Part shown: positions 31,401 through 46,467 of the stretch, piece after piece | How positions within the stretch are numbered: the first letter of the stretch is position 1 | Layout of the letters: every line of letters begins with the position of its first letter | Assembly (NCBI RefSeq): GCF_009914755.1 | Contig: NC_060931.1 | Strand: one strand, 5' to 3' | DNA: 64,000 nucleotides | Source of the DNA: the human T2T-CHM13v2.0 reference genome, Homo sapiens | Translations under genes and position numbers: made by a program | Notes under the pieces: generated by a model | Told to the model about the DNA's origin: nothing | Database searches by the model: none | The model's input: the letters and a program-made list of their open reading frames with translations, nothing else

Positions 31401-31884
31401 GCCATTAGGTCAACTGCGACCTCCACTCACCCAGAAAACACTGAGTGGGCTCTTACTAGGTGCCAGGCACCATTTTTGTAAGCTGCAGCTAATCAGTAAG
31501 CAAAACCCATCCCTTGGAGTTATATGTTTTAGTCTCAGCATTGTGATCAGCTGTGGGATTTCAGGAAAGTCACTTAACCTCTTTGAGCAGCAGTGTCCTC
31601 ATCTGGGAAATGGAAGCATGAATTGCTACCTCATGGGATGTGATGATTCTGAAGATATCTCTGTGCCTAGCCGGGGCTTCACCCACCTCCCCCCAAAGAC
31701 AGAAGAGCCCAGGCCACCCTGTCTGTATGGAAAGCTCTGAAATTGGCAATATGTGAAATTATTTGGGCTGGGGAACGGCAAGGGAGAGTGGCTGTGGCTT
31801 TCGTGGTGTGCTTTTGGTTTAGAAACAGCTTGAGCCAGAGTAGGGCCTACTGCCTCTCGGTCTCTCTGGCCTCTCTGCCTCCTT

Positions 31885-31900
31885 TCCCCAGGTGGCGCTA
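31885..31900 (+). promoter_or_regulatory. Candidate CTCF site (forward)
   Basis: TCCCCAGGTGGCGCTA versus consensus CCACCAGGTGGCGCTA; motif match only. Confidence 0.45.
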
Positions 31901-31940
31901 GGGCTCTGGCACCAAGACTCTGTCTCCCTCTCCGCTGCAG

Positions 31941-32075
31941 GGAGCTGGGTATGCAGGATTCCTATGGGACGCGGCTGCCGGCATGGAGCTGAGAGACGCG
32001 GGTTCACAGGAGAGCTCGCCAAGCAACGGGCACGGGAAGCTGGCGGGCCCCAGCCCATACCTCGGGAGGTTCAAG
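31941..32075 (+). CDS. EEPD1: EEPD1 coding exon (probably exon 5), 135 nt, GAGYAGFLWDAAAGMELRDAGSQESSPSNGHGKLAGPSPYLGRFK
   Basis: Acceptor ctctccgctgcag| at 31940, donor AAG|gtaccc at 32076; phase 0-0; CpG-rich and open. This frame is missing from the ORF track and was translated by hand. Confidence 0.95.
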
Positions 32076-34094
32076 GTACCCACTCCACGCCGTCTGTGAC
32101 GTGGAATCTGCTTCTTTCTAAAAAGGAAAGAAAAGGGCTCATTTTGTAATAGCATGAGTAAGAGAAGTCTCGTCTTTTTGCCTTGATTTCAGCCTCTCAT
32201 GATTGGAGATTTTTGTCTCTCCTGGGGCTTCCTTGGCAGGTGAACTTGTCCAGGGCAGGAATGAAAGGGATTTTGAGACAGCCCCAGTAACTCTGGCATC
32301 TGAGCAGGAGAGGGGGGAAGGAGGGAGATTTGGTATAGCTCCTAAACCTGACCCTCATTAGAGTCTCCTGGGGAGATTTTCCTACAGTCAGGGATTCCTA
32401 GACCCCACCTCAGACATACAGAATTTGGGGGATTATCCGGATGGCCTACTTTCCAAAAGCCCCTTCAGTGATCCTTCACCTTCCTGGCACTGGTTCACAA
32501 GGCCAGGTGTTAGGGAATGGCTGGATTCAAGGGCAGCAGAACTGGCCTGAGGAGCCCCTTCTTATCGGCTGCATCTCAGGCCCGATTCCTTTATTACCAG
32601 GGAGAAAGGCCTCTCAAGGGGTGGTTTGGGTTTGAAGGGGATTCAGGAGGAGCTCTGGGCTGTGGGCCAGGGGCAGTCCTGTCACTGGCATCGCCCATGT
32701 GGGAGTCTCTGTCCCCCCAGCATCTGGGAGCAGCTCAGCAGATTGATCGAGCGCAGTCTCTCTGGTTCTCCCCGGATGCCCTTGGGAAGTGTTAATGAAC
32801 CGCAAAATGGTCAGCAGCTGGACAGCAGAAGCCAAAGCAGGTCATGAAGTTGGCAGTCAGTGAGCCTTATCCCCGTGGTCCTTGACCATGAGCTCACAGG
32901 CCAGGCAAGCAGGTCCGGTGCCTTGGAGCTCAGCAAGCGTATCCCCTCCTGGGCATGGAGACCCCCTGCTTTCTGTGTGCTCCAGAGCAGTTCTTGAACC
33001 TGACAGTCACCTCAAACCCCAGCCCAGGGAGTATCTGCCAGCTGAGGGTTGGGAGCAGCCCCTGTGTTGAGGCTACAAGGCCCTGTGCCACCTTGCACAC
33101 TGTGAGTTGATGAGGGTGGGTGTGTGCTCACCCTGGGGGTATCTGTCACACCCAGCAGCCCCTCTCATTCCTCTGTCTGTGATATTGATGGGGCTCTGTC
33201 TGCACATGTACACCTGGGGGTGTCCATGGGTTGTATCTGTGGTACTGACGTGTAAGTCAGCCAGGTATCACCTTTAAGCCTCCTAACACCACCCTGGGCC
33301 CTTTTTTTATGTCAAGTTCCTGTTCCAGTGTTGGCCACCTGGGGTTATGGCCATGTAACCCTATGGGTGATACTGATAATCCAGTATTACCACAACGCAG
33401 GCTGTTTTTAAGGGTATAATGAGAAAATGCTGGTTAGCCCAAATCCTCTAAATAAAGCAGCCCCCTAAACAGGCACTTGGCCTCTTGTACTTCATGTCAC
33501 ATTATAGGCCTGGCAGTTGGTGCAGTACAGAGATGGGGCTCATCTCCTCAGGCACTGTGCCCCCCACCCAGCCTTAAGATGCTTTCTCTAGCAGGCAGAG
33601 CTGCAGCTGCAGAGCTCTTGGTCCTGGTTGCTGGCAAACTGGGACCACATCCGTAAGATAAGACGGGCACCCTCCACTTCCTGGGGGCTTCCCCTATACC
33701 CCTTCCCTTCCTGGCAGTGTTGATGTTGGTTGCCATGACAAATGGAAGGGCAAGATTGCTAAGCCCTGAGCAGCTGAGCAGTGCTGTGATGCCCAGAGAC
33801 AAACTCTGACCCTGTGTTTCTGCACTTGCCCTTGGGGATGCAGGGCTAGGGCATGTCCTAGGCTGGCCAGGTTCTGTAAGCTTTTGGTTTGGACACGTTT
33901 GAAATTAGGTTAAAGTCAGCATCTGGCTATAGTGGGCTCCAGAGAGAAAAGAACACAGAGGAGCGTGTGTGGGAGGTGTAGGGAGGAGGAGGAGGCACAT
34001 CCCAGCGGTGGGTCCTGGCAGGAGACCTCAGGCTGGCCCTCTGGAGAAAAGCCCCAAGTCTATAATAACAACCAGCTGTCAGAGTCACCTCCTT

Positions 34095-34583
<489 letters not shown>

Positions 34584-34894
34584 TTAGAAAGAAAGAAAAA
34601 AACTCAAACATTTACAGATATGCAGATATGCCCAATCTTTTAGGCTCTAAGTGAGGAGTAGGCGGTGGGATGTTAGGGGTGGACTGGTAGAACAAAATAG
34701 GCCTTGTTCCTGCAGGTGCCTTGGAAAAATCGAAGATGAAAGACCTTACATTATTTCCTGGGGGTGTGAGCCAGCCTTGTTCTTGTTTACCATTGTCAAC
34801 TCTGTGCACAAAGCTATTTATGAGTCGGTTGTAACGGATACAGGAAATATGAGCTTCTGAGCCTCTCCCTGTTGCTTTGTTTCCTGCTGCCTAG

Positions 34895-35033
34895 GTGGGA
34901 AGTCACGACCTGACCCTTGTTAACCTTCACCTGGCAGCCCTGACCCTCCTGGGGAGCGAGAATCCCAGCAAGAATCACAGTGATGGCCACCGGTTGGCGA
35001 GCTTTGCACAGACCCTACAGGAAACCCTGAAAG
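34895..35033 (+). CDS. EEPD1: EEPD1 coding exon (probably exon 6), 139 nt, VGSHDLTLVNLHLAALTLLGSENPSKNHSDGHRLASFAQTLQETLK-G
   Basis: Acceptor ttcctgctgcctag| at 34894, donor AAG|gtagga at 35034; contains the EEP-fold strand LVNLHL; phase 0-1. Confidence 0.95.
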
Positions 35034-35734
35034 GTAGGACATTGTCTTTTGCTGTGACTCGGCCACTGTTTTGCAGAGCAGCAGGGCTGCCTCTTCTGAG
35101 CCATCTCTGACCACTTGGGCTGGCTGTTTGTCAGCAATGTGAGTCGCGGGTACAGGGGACAGTCAAACCTCTGGCATCTCATGGAGCCCAGCTGACCCTG
35201 CACGGCCACATCTGTGCCTCTGTGGACCTAGCATATGCGTTCCAAGCTGTCAGCTCTGTGGCTTTTTAGCCTCATTTAGATAGAAAGGATTAGGGGGGAA
35301 GAATATAAGTGATGATGCCCTTCCCCGAAGACAGCTCATCCTGGGACCAGCTGCCTCGGGCATCACTCCGGTGGTGCCGCCTGCAGATTTGCATGTGCTC
35401 TTCCTGTGAAAGAGAGACGGGGGTGACAAGGGGAAGTGGTAAATTGCTGATGATTGGTGAATTGAGTTTTTCTCTCTGGCGGGATACAGAGCATGTTGAA
35501 GAAGCCCTGAACCTGTCAGAAATGCTGGATTTTAATCTTGTAGGACCTCAGGCAAGCCACCAAACCACTTCAGGCCCCCATCTGATGGGGGACAGTACTC
35601 ATCTCATAGCAGTACCCAGAGGGCTAAGTAACAGTGTCTGCAGCAATACCAAGCACATAGTAGGGACTTCATGTACACGAGTTGACTCTAAAACATGAGA
35701 AGAATTAAGAGAACACTGAAAAGAGCAGAATTCT

Positions 35735-36035
<301 letters not shown>

Positions 36036-36409
36036 GGAGCTGAACTCCAGGACAAAGGGGGGCTATGCCCCAACTAATATAGATGGTTTTCTGCACTTGG
36101 TTTACCAAAAGAAAAGGTTGACAAGGCTGTGAAGACTGTGATCTTATCCATCTGGCTTGATTTTTCAGAACACTGACCTTGTCTAGGTGAGTTTGTAGTT
36201 GGAGGCTTGGAATTCTCTTCTATCTTTTGAGTCTGGACCAATATTCTCTAGCTTTCTAAGACTTCCTCGTTAAACTGGCCCCTCAAATTGGGAGATTCAT
36301 GAAGATTTTACTACAAAAATATTTCAGTCAAACTGTAGGCTCACATTTCAAAAGATGTATGTATGTATATATGTATATATGTATTTGAATTTGCATTTCT
36401 AACAAAAAA

Positions 36410-37200
<791 letters not shown>

Positions 37201-38905
37201 CAGCTTTTCTTTTGAACCAGGACATGCCGTGACCAACGTTCTACTTTAAGGATGAGTCCTCAGGCTAAAAACAGTCAGAAGATGCTCTATCCAAGAAGCA
37301 ACTGTGTGGGAAATTGTCCACCTATAGTTAGACTCTGATCTGTAAAATGGACAACTTGATAGCTTGTCACATCTGTGGACATTACTATTGTTCTTGATCT
37401 CAAACTTTTTGTGGAAGCAGAAAGGAAAGATGCCAGCTCATAACTTCTTTGACAGCCTTAGGCAGTCACCATCCCCCCACCCCACCCCTGGTATCCAGGG
37501 AGTAGTCAGGATTTTGGCAGAAAACCTTGGGCAGGTTATGTTCCAAATTGCCAAGGTACTATTGACCCACAGCCTGGCTTGGCCTTGACTCATCCAAGTA
37601 GGGACAATGACTCATGCTGCCTGTGTCCCCTCCTTGTAACTAGTACCCAATTAATTATTAACTGGTGACACTCCAGACCCAGGGGTTCAGGAAGCAATTC
37701 AGCCTGCCCAGGTCTAACAAGGGTAGACAAGTCAGCAGAGGGGTTCAGCTAAAGCAAAGACAAAGCCTTCATTCCACAGCTTCTATCAGAGCAAACAGAA
37801 CCGATGTGGTTAGCAAGCTCCGGGCCTTTCTGCCTTTGTCTGGAACGTGCATGCAGGCTGACGTCAGTGGGGATATGCCAGTCCCCTAGTGGAACCTTCT
37901 TCCCTCAGACCTCACCAGGACTTGGGGACAGGGTCTCCCTCTGTGAACTGAGCAAGAGTGAAACAGGGTGTGTAGTAACTCTTGACATCTTGGCAGATGG
38001 TCCCTCAGTGGGGACTGGTTCCTGTAGTTGTCATTGGCGTTTTATAAATCTAGAGACTCTCTGAGGAAGTCAGCCCAAAACGTTCTCCCCTCACTGCTGG
38101 GAATCAAGGGAGCGACAAAGGAGCCCAGCCCAGGTGGGTGGCTTTTTAGGAAGATAACTCAGGCTCCTGCGCATCTACCTGTGGATTCTCAGAAGCAACA
38201 ACTGCCTTGATGTCATCACCGACGCGGATTCAATCGGAAGAACATGAGTTGTAAGAAATCCGATGTGCTCATTCAAAAAGGGAACCGTTGTCACTCCTGA
38301 AGCTACACAGAGCTGGCTCTATTGACCCTTGACACCAGCGTCTCTCCTGGCTTTAGAATTGTCTTTTTCAGCCCAGACCTTTGCAGGCCTGCATCCCAAC
38401 GAAAACCTCCCTCATTATATGGGAACTTTGTTTTCTTTGATATTCAATGAATGTAGCATCTTTCTCTTTGTTCCTTTCCAAATCAAACTGCACCCTAATT
38501 CTGGGACATTTGTGGTTCCGCTTGTCTGTTGCTCACATATTTATTGAGTGCCTGCTGATGCACTTGGTGTCGCAGTGGACAGCAGCCACTTCCGTGTGGT
38601 CTTCCATCCTAGCCCTTTGTGGTGAGCCCTGGATTTGAGGCCTGGCCTGGTGACTTTGGACAAACCTTCCCACCTCTGGGAGCCTGTTTCGTACCTGCAG
38701 AAGGGAGATGGTAACAGCACCTGCCCCATGGGTCGTGGCTGTTAAGTGCGGTGCTATCGAGGAAGTGGTCAGCACAGTGCCATGACTATTATTCAAGCTG
38801 GCACTGATTTCTCCATGGTGTGGGTGGCCCTGCAGGAGAGGCTTCCTTCCATCCCACCCATTGTCCTCACTCCTCCTAGAGGAGGGCGCCATCTGCAATG
38901 CACAT

Positions 38906-38919
38906 GCGCCCTCTGGTGG
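38906..38919 (-). promoter_or_regulatory. Candidate CTCF site (reverse)
   Basis: Reverse complement CCACCAGAGGGCGC is a full match to the CTCF core; a weaker second copy (GCAGATGGCGCC) lies at ~38885-38896. Confidence 0.65.
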
Positions 38920-39595
38920 TGGCCTGAGTGGCTTCCCTTCAGATTCCTTTCCCTGCAGTTGTTATTACGGAAGCACACCCGTGGCCAGGAAAAAAAGATT
39001 TGCCAAGTGTCGTGGATACATTTATGACTTCGTTTATGAACTGCTTTCCCTAAAGCCTCCTTCACAAGGTGTGGCAGAAATGCCACCTCCTGCTGTGGGA
39101 CAACAAGGGTCAAGCAGAGCCCAGGGGAATCCCGCAGAGCCCAGCTGGGGGGCGAGTGTTCTTTCAGGATTTCTACTCGCTTTGCTTGGAAAATACTTCA
39201 TAACTATCCCACTTCCTCTAGGGTAAATCAGACTGTGGGAGAAATGTCTAAAATGCTTTAGGAGAAAACCTTTCCCCCTTGGCCCTGAAATCACTTTGTA
39301 GTTCTTATGCACACATATTTAACTTCCACTGTGTGTCTCTCCCTGACAAACCTGTGAAGCTGTATCAGGAAACTGATCAGGAAGGGGGCCCACGCTACAT
39401 GTGAGTGCCCCGTGCCAGGCGCTTCTGGCGGCTCCTCTAATCCTGACACCAACCTGGGAGGAAATGGCTTGTTCTTTCCCTTTTATAGACTAAAAGGCTT
39501 GCCCAAGGTCACGAAGCTGGGAAGTGACAAACTTCAAATTCCACACTCAGAGTCATCCAGCTGTTTTCTCTTAGAACCGGGGCCGAGAACCACTG

Positions 39596-39785
39596 TTTTC
39601 TTTCTTTCTTTTTTCTTTTCTTTTCTTTTGTTTTGTTTTCTTTTCTTTTCTTTCTTTCTTTTCTTTCTTTTTCTCTCTTTTTCTTTCTCTCTCTCTGTCT
39701 CTCCCTCCCTCCCTCCTTGTCTCTCTCTCTCTCTCTCTTTCTCTCTCTTTTTCTCTTTCTCTTTCTCTTCTTTCTTTTCTTCTTT
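39596..39785. repeat. ~190-bp CT-rich low-complexity tract (expanded Alu tail)
   Basis: Almost purely pyrimidine; lies inside the Alu TSD ccactgttttct. Confidence 0.92.
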
Positions 39786-40062
<277 letters not shown>

Positions 40063-40922
40063 TAGAGCCACTGTTTTCTGATATTCTCCTGTGTCAGGTT
40101 TTGTTTCATTTTCAGCCCCTCTGTGACCACTCTTCCTCCTAGCTAATTTGGATTCATAAGTCGAAAAGAGGACTTGGAAGAATAGGACACAAAAGTGTCA
40201 CTGTTTTCAGAGAATATGATTGTTGGTTTGTTACACCTAAAGTTAAAAAAAAAAATTATTCCCAGTAAGAGAATTAAGAAAACTGCCTAGTTAAAAAGTT
40301 AAAATAAAAAATTAGTCCTTTTGATATATATCATTAGTAACCTGTGGAAATAAAAAAATTTAAAAATAACCATTAGAGAAAATATAATGGGATAAAACAA
40401 AGATCCCATTCATAATAAAAATCAAAAATATAAAATACTTAGAAATGTGGTGGTAAAGTGAAGAAAATAATAAGACTTCAGTGAAGAATTTTTTTAATAA
40501 ATACTTCAATCAATGGAGAAACATGGCAAAGTGTTCTTGGGTGAGACGTGTTAACAGTTCGAGGTACCCGTCCTTTCCATGTTTCCGTGTAGTTGACTGC
40601 ACCAGGTCTCAGCAGAGCTCTTTAATATTCTAGTTGTGGTTCCCATACCTGGCTGGACATGCAATCCCAGAGAGCTTCAGGAAATGCTGAAGACCAGGCC
40701 ACCGGAGATGCTAAATCAGAATCTCTACAGGTGGAACTCCAATTTCTGAGAGTGGGACTCAAGCATTAATATTTTTATGAACTCCTGATGCCCCAAGGGC
40801 TTTTTGTAGAGCTCCCCGGCTCCAACTTCAGTCAGATAAGCTCCACTTTTACCCACTCTACTTTTGGGGCTTCCTACAGGATCTCATTTGAGAAAAGGAA
40901 CACCCCCACCCCATACATTTTA

Positions 40923-41462
<540 letters not shown>

Positions 41463-42150
41463 TTAAAATAAAATTTGGGAATGAAAATTTCAATATCATG
41501 AGAATATATAAACATTTTAAATGAAAGAATATTAAAACATCTAGTACTCACTCAAATATTGATCAATATGATAGAATAAAGCTCAGAAATAGAAATGTTA
41601 TACAAAAAGATATTTAAGATAACAGGCCAGTATTACAATTTAGTTGAGAAAAAAAGGATTTTTCTAGAAATGATACTGGCAGAGGGGGTTAATTATTTGC
41701 ATGAAAAAATAAAAGTAAATTCTAGGCAAGCTAAAGAGTGAAATGTATCATCACATAGGAGGAAGTGGGGGAAAAAAGTGAAATGTAAGAAATGAAATGA
41801 TAAGAAGAACTTAGTGGGTATTCGTTTGATTTTGGAGGCACTCTAGGAAAATTCTGCCAGATTGTACTACATTTAAAAAAAATTTTTTTTTAACTTTTGT
41901 GTGCTTCAGTTTGGTCATAGACAAATGAAAAGGCACATCACAAACTAAAAAGAAAATCAGTTCCTATATATGATAAAGGGTTAATATGTTTTTATATGGA
42001 GAGTTCATATAAATCAATAAACAAAACACTAATACCCTGTACAAATAATAGACCTATCAGGCATCGTTTCTGATGCCGTTCTCTGATGAAAGGAACCAGG
42101 GCTCCTCAGAGAAATGGCTGATGCGAGGACTGAGAAAATACACAGTATGG

Positions 42151-42453
42151 TAGGTCAGGCACGGTGGCTCACGCCTATAATCCCAGCACTTTGGGAAGCC
42201 GAAGTGAGCGGATCACTTGAGGTCAGGAGTTCAAGACCAGCCTGGCCAACATGGTAAAACCCCATCTCTACTAAAAATACAAAGATTAGCCAGGCGTGGT
42301 GGTCCATACCTGTAATCCCAGCTACTCAGGAGGCTGAGGCAGGAGGATTGCTTGAACCCGAGAGGCAGAGGTTGCAGTGAGCCGAGATCCACCACTGCAC
42401 TCCAGCCTGGGTGACACAGCAAGACTCTGTCTCAAAAAAAAAAAAAAGAAAAA
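42151..42453 (+). mobile_element. AluS-like
   Basis: Sense dimer with A tail. Confidence 0.9.
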
Positions 42454-43006
42454 ATATGTATATACAGCATGATCTTGGAGCATCTTGTCGTGTCAGAAGG
42501 AAGTGCTCAAACAAGCAAACAAAAAAAACCTGCTGGGTGGATGTCAAAAGGACGCATGAGCCAACTGAAAGAGCTCTCAGTGACCAAAGCTGGAAATATT
42601 TCAGGAACAAAGTCAATGACATAGTACTGGATATAACTCAAGGTATACCTGACTTATACCTCATAAGTATCCATGAGTCCGTACTGATCTAAGTAAATGG
42701 TTGAAAAAATTAATAAATGGGAAGAAGAGATCCATCCCTTGTGCAGCAGAATTCCAGATAACATGTGTAGATACTCTAGCCTAAAGGAGGGGGAGCACAA
42801 CTTCATTTTCTACAAATGGAAGACATCATTTTCACATATCAAATGAATGTTTTGATGAGGGATGCAGTGAGAGGAATTTCCTTAGGTTGCTGGGGAGGGT
42901 TGAAACCAGAGCAGCCTTGGAAAGCAGGCTGGCAGTATTTATCCAGAGCCTTAACAATGGCCATAGTTTTTCATGAGGACTCTCTATAGTTCTAAGAACA
43001 GAAAGC

Positions 43007-43324
<318 letters not shown>

Positions 43325-44253
43325 TCACTTCAGCATTATTTATAGCAGTGGCTACTGGGAACAGCCTTAAAAGTGACCAGCAGCAGGAAAATGGTACATT
43401 ATGTGCATCAACATGATGGATGGATGGATACTGTGGGCTGCCCATTGAATGCCAGGAAGACCCAGGCTTTTCCCTTGGTCTCTTGATCTGAATTTGACCC
43501 TCAAGCAGACAGAGTACAGTTCCCAATCGAGGAGTGGCTGCTGCTTATATCTCCAACCTCATCTTTAACATCTGGCTTCTTGATACCTTGTCCTAGAGAA
43601 GTAGCCAACTGAACCTCAGGTACCCACCCCACCCCTGGGAAGCCAGGCTGTTTCTTAGCTCCCTGGCCTTGCATAGGTTCCCTCTCATCCATGTTGACCC
43701 AAGCACTTCTGTGCATCCTCTGAGACCCAAGTCAGGCATTGTCTCCTCCGGGAAGCCTTCCCTGACCACCTTTCCCTGTGCTGTGTTGGTTTCAGTATGT
43801 GTGTTTGTTTTTGCACCTACTCTGTGCTCTTGTCTGTTTTCTAGTCTGTCTCTCAGAGCAGGAGTTGCATTTTATTCATCTCTGGATTTCCTGCATAGTA
43901 AGTGCCCAGTAGTATGTTGAGTTTTTGTTAAATATTTGGGTAAGACCCTTAGGTCTTTTTTTTTTTTTTTTTTTTTTTGTGATAAGATTTGGAACCCATA
44001 GGCTTCAACAAGGGTGATTTTTGTGTCACGCTGCCCCTGATTTCCAAACGTGTTGCTGACTTACTCTTAATATTGGTGGCAGGGTGATATGCACATGAAA
44101 TGTGGAAGAGTGAGGAGAGTGAGAACCATGCCACAGTACTAACCCCATGGGAGTCAAGTCAGAGAATCTCAATCCCGTTTCAAAGGGCCACGGTCAGTGT
44201 TGGGTTTTACTTCCCAACAACTCTTAAACTCATTTTCTTCCTTCCACTTCCAG

Positions 44254-44448
44254 GAGAAAAGGATGTCATTATCTTAGGGGATTTTGGCCAAGGGCCAGAC
44301 AGCAATGACTATGATATCCTGAGGAAAGAAAAGTTCCACCACCTGATCCCCGCGCACACCTTCACCAACATCAGCACCAAGAACCCTCAAGGCTCGAAGT
44401 CTCTGGACAACATCTGGATCAGTAAAAGCTTAAAGAAGGTTTTCACAG
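44254..44448 (+). CDS. EEPD1: EEPD1 coding exon (probably exon 7), 195 nt, EKDVIILGDFGQGPDSNDYDILRKEKFHHLIPAHTFTNISTKNPQGSKSLDNIWISKSLKKVFT-G
   Basis: Acceptor cttccacttccag| at 44253, donor CAG|gtgagg at 44449; phase 1-1; EEP motifs VIILGDF and LDNIW. Confidence 0.96.
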
Positions 44449-44603
44449 GTGAGGCAGAACTCACTTGTCCTTTCTCCTGTTCAGGAATGGAGTGAGAGAA
44501 ACATGTCTGAACTGACAGAAGTCATCTCACCTCCTCTGAGGCATACATAGGATTGTGGTTTACGTGACTGTATAACTGTCATTTAATCAGAGACAGAATC
44601 CAG

Positions 44604-44737
44604 GAATCCAGGCCCCTGTCAGTCCCGCGCTAAGGACCACACAGTGCTTTCCAGCCATTCTCTAATTGTTTTTGTAACTATTCGTTAATTTTATTCAAAT
44701 ATACCTCCTGCTGCTTAGATTTCTAAATCCTCATTTT
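44604..44737 (+). repeat. Copy 1 of a ~135-bp dispersed direct duplication
   Basis: Aligns with 45651-45788 (shared ctaaggaccacacagtgctttc, ttgtttttgtaactattc, tagatttctaaatcctc). Confidence 0.9.
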
Positions 44738-45650
44738 TCAAAGTGAAAGGGAGTGTGACAAATAATTTTAGAACACCCACTGACCTACAGCAAGCAGATG
44801 TGTTCCAGGCAAACCTGGTTATAGATTGGCAGAGTCCTGATTCAGAGATGAGCTGATAACGTTACTTTTAGGACACTTAGTCTTCTAGCAAACATTTGTC
44901 AAACATGCAAGTGTTGTGTTGTAGGATGCAGTGTGTAGACATGCTATGAGGTGGACATGCTGTGAGGTGAACAGGTGTCTCATATAGTGTCACAATGGGA
45001 CAGGAGAAATGCTCAGTGCTCTGCAAGGAGCAGGGTATGGGGGTGATTTCACCCTCTCTGCAGACTGGTAACCTGCTGAGTCAGGACACAGTCAACAATA
45101 TGGAAGAGACAGTAGGGTCTTTTGATGAAAGACAAGAACAGTATTTCTAAACTCTGACTGGACATTTTGCGAAGCCCCACGGATGCCTATTATACTTCAA
45201 TGAGAAATTTAAAAATAAAAGTTGCAGGGCCTGGCTTTTATTGCGAGAGAGACTAATGGGCAGCCAAGGCCAAGATCTTCAAGACTAGGACATCTAGGCT
45301 TGACTGTCACCTGCTTCTCCCCTCTCTCTTGGGGCACTAGTTTCCTGTTGTACTCTGTCATGGGAGGACCCAAATGATGAAGAAAGTGGGTCTCAGGGAG
45401 AATGACAATTGTCAAACTAGCCTCGGTTTGCAGAAATGCGCTATGGGCCAGGAAAAGAGGCCAGCCCACGGCCTTTGCAGGCTCCCAGGAAGGTGTCTAT
45501 TGAAGGAAGAGAGCTGGGGAAGCTGAGCCAACAGGGCTGGAAGGAAGTTGGAAATCCTTTCAGTGGTTCCCTTCCTGTGAAGTTGCTGAGCTCAGGGAGG
45601 AGTTGCCCCCGCTACAGAATGGTCAGCAGTGTGTGCCAAAGCTCCACCCA

Positions 45651-45788
45651 GAATCTAGGCCCATGTCAATCCTGCACTAAGGACCACACAGTGCTTTCTA
45701 GCTATTCTGTAGTTGTTTTTGTAACTATTCATTATTTAATTATATTCAAATATACTTCCTGCTTCATAGATTTCTAAATCCTCGTTTT
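45651..45788 (+). repeat. Copy 2 of a ~135-bp dispersed direct duplication
   Basis: Aligns with 44604-44737. Confidence 0.9.
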
Positions 45789-46267
45789 AAAAATACCATT
45801 ACTTTCTCATAAGCTTCTGTAATTTTTTCTTTTTTACCCTTTGTGTAGAAAGAATTTCCACCCCTAACCCCCTTAGTGTCTTTTGCTTTGCAAAACTGGA
45901 CCTTTGCTTTGGACTTGGGATGTCTTTATGAGGCGTCTGTCTCTGTTTTGTGATCAGATTCACAGCAGCGCGTTTATGAGGACAGGTCAGCCCATGTGCC
46001 CATGTGTGTCTGGATGGACAGGAGGCCTGGCCTCTGGGTGTTTTCACTGCCTAAATGCAGAAACTCTCCTTTATGTGGAAAATCAAACTGGCCGAGACCT
46101 TTAATATGCACAGGCAAATGCACAGGCACCTTCCAGCTACCTGAGGCAGCCTCTCCGGGCACCCCGGCCTGCAGACATGCGGTGTGACCCTCCACCTGCC
46201 AATCCAGGACCTCCCGCACCCAACCCCCCATCCTGATTCCCGGTCTCTTTCCTTCCTCTCCCTTCAG

Positions 46268-46467
46268 GTCACTGGGCTGTGGTGAGAGAAGGCCTCACGA
46301 ACCCTTGGATTCCGGATAACTGGTCTTGGGGCGGGGTGGCTTCTGAACACTGCCCAGTGCTAGCCGAGTTCTACACTGAAAAGGACTGGAGCAAGAAGGA
46401 CGCCCCTCGGAACGGCAGCGGGGTGGCCTTGGAGCGAAGTGAAGCCAACATCAAGCACGAGCGATGA
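46268..46467 (+). CDS. EEPD1: EEPD1 terminal coding exon (probably exon 8), GHWAVVREGLTNPWIPDNWSWGGVASEHCPVLAEFYTEKDWSKKDAPRNGSGVALERSEANIKHER*
   Basis: Long pyrimidine tract then cag| at 46267; phase 1 matches the previous exon; SEHCPV corresponds to the EEP SDHxP motif; TGA at 46465-46467 followed by a second TGA. Confidence 0.96.

Noticed and set aside
46453-46464. C-terminal KHER as a KDEL-like signal
   Set aside because: Lacks the terminal EL, and nothing suggests a luminal protein.
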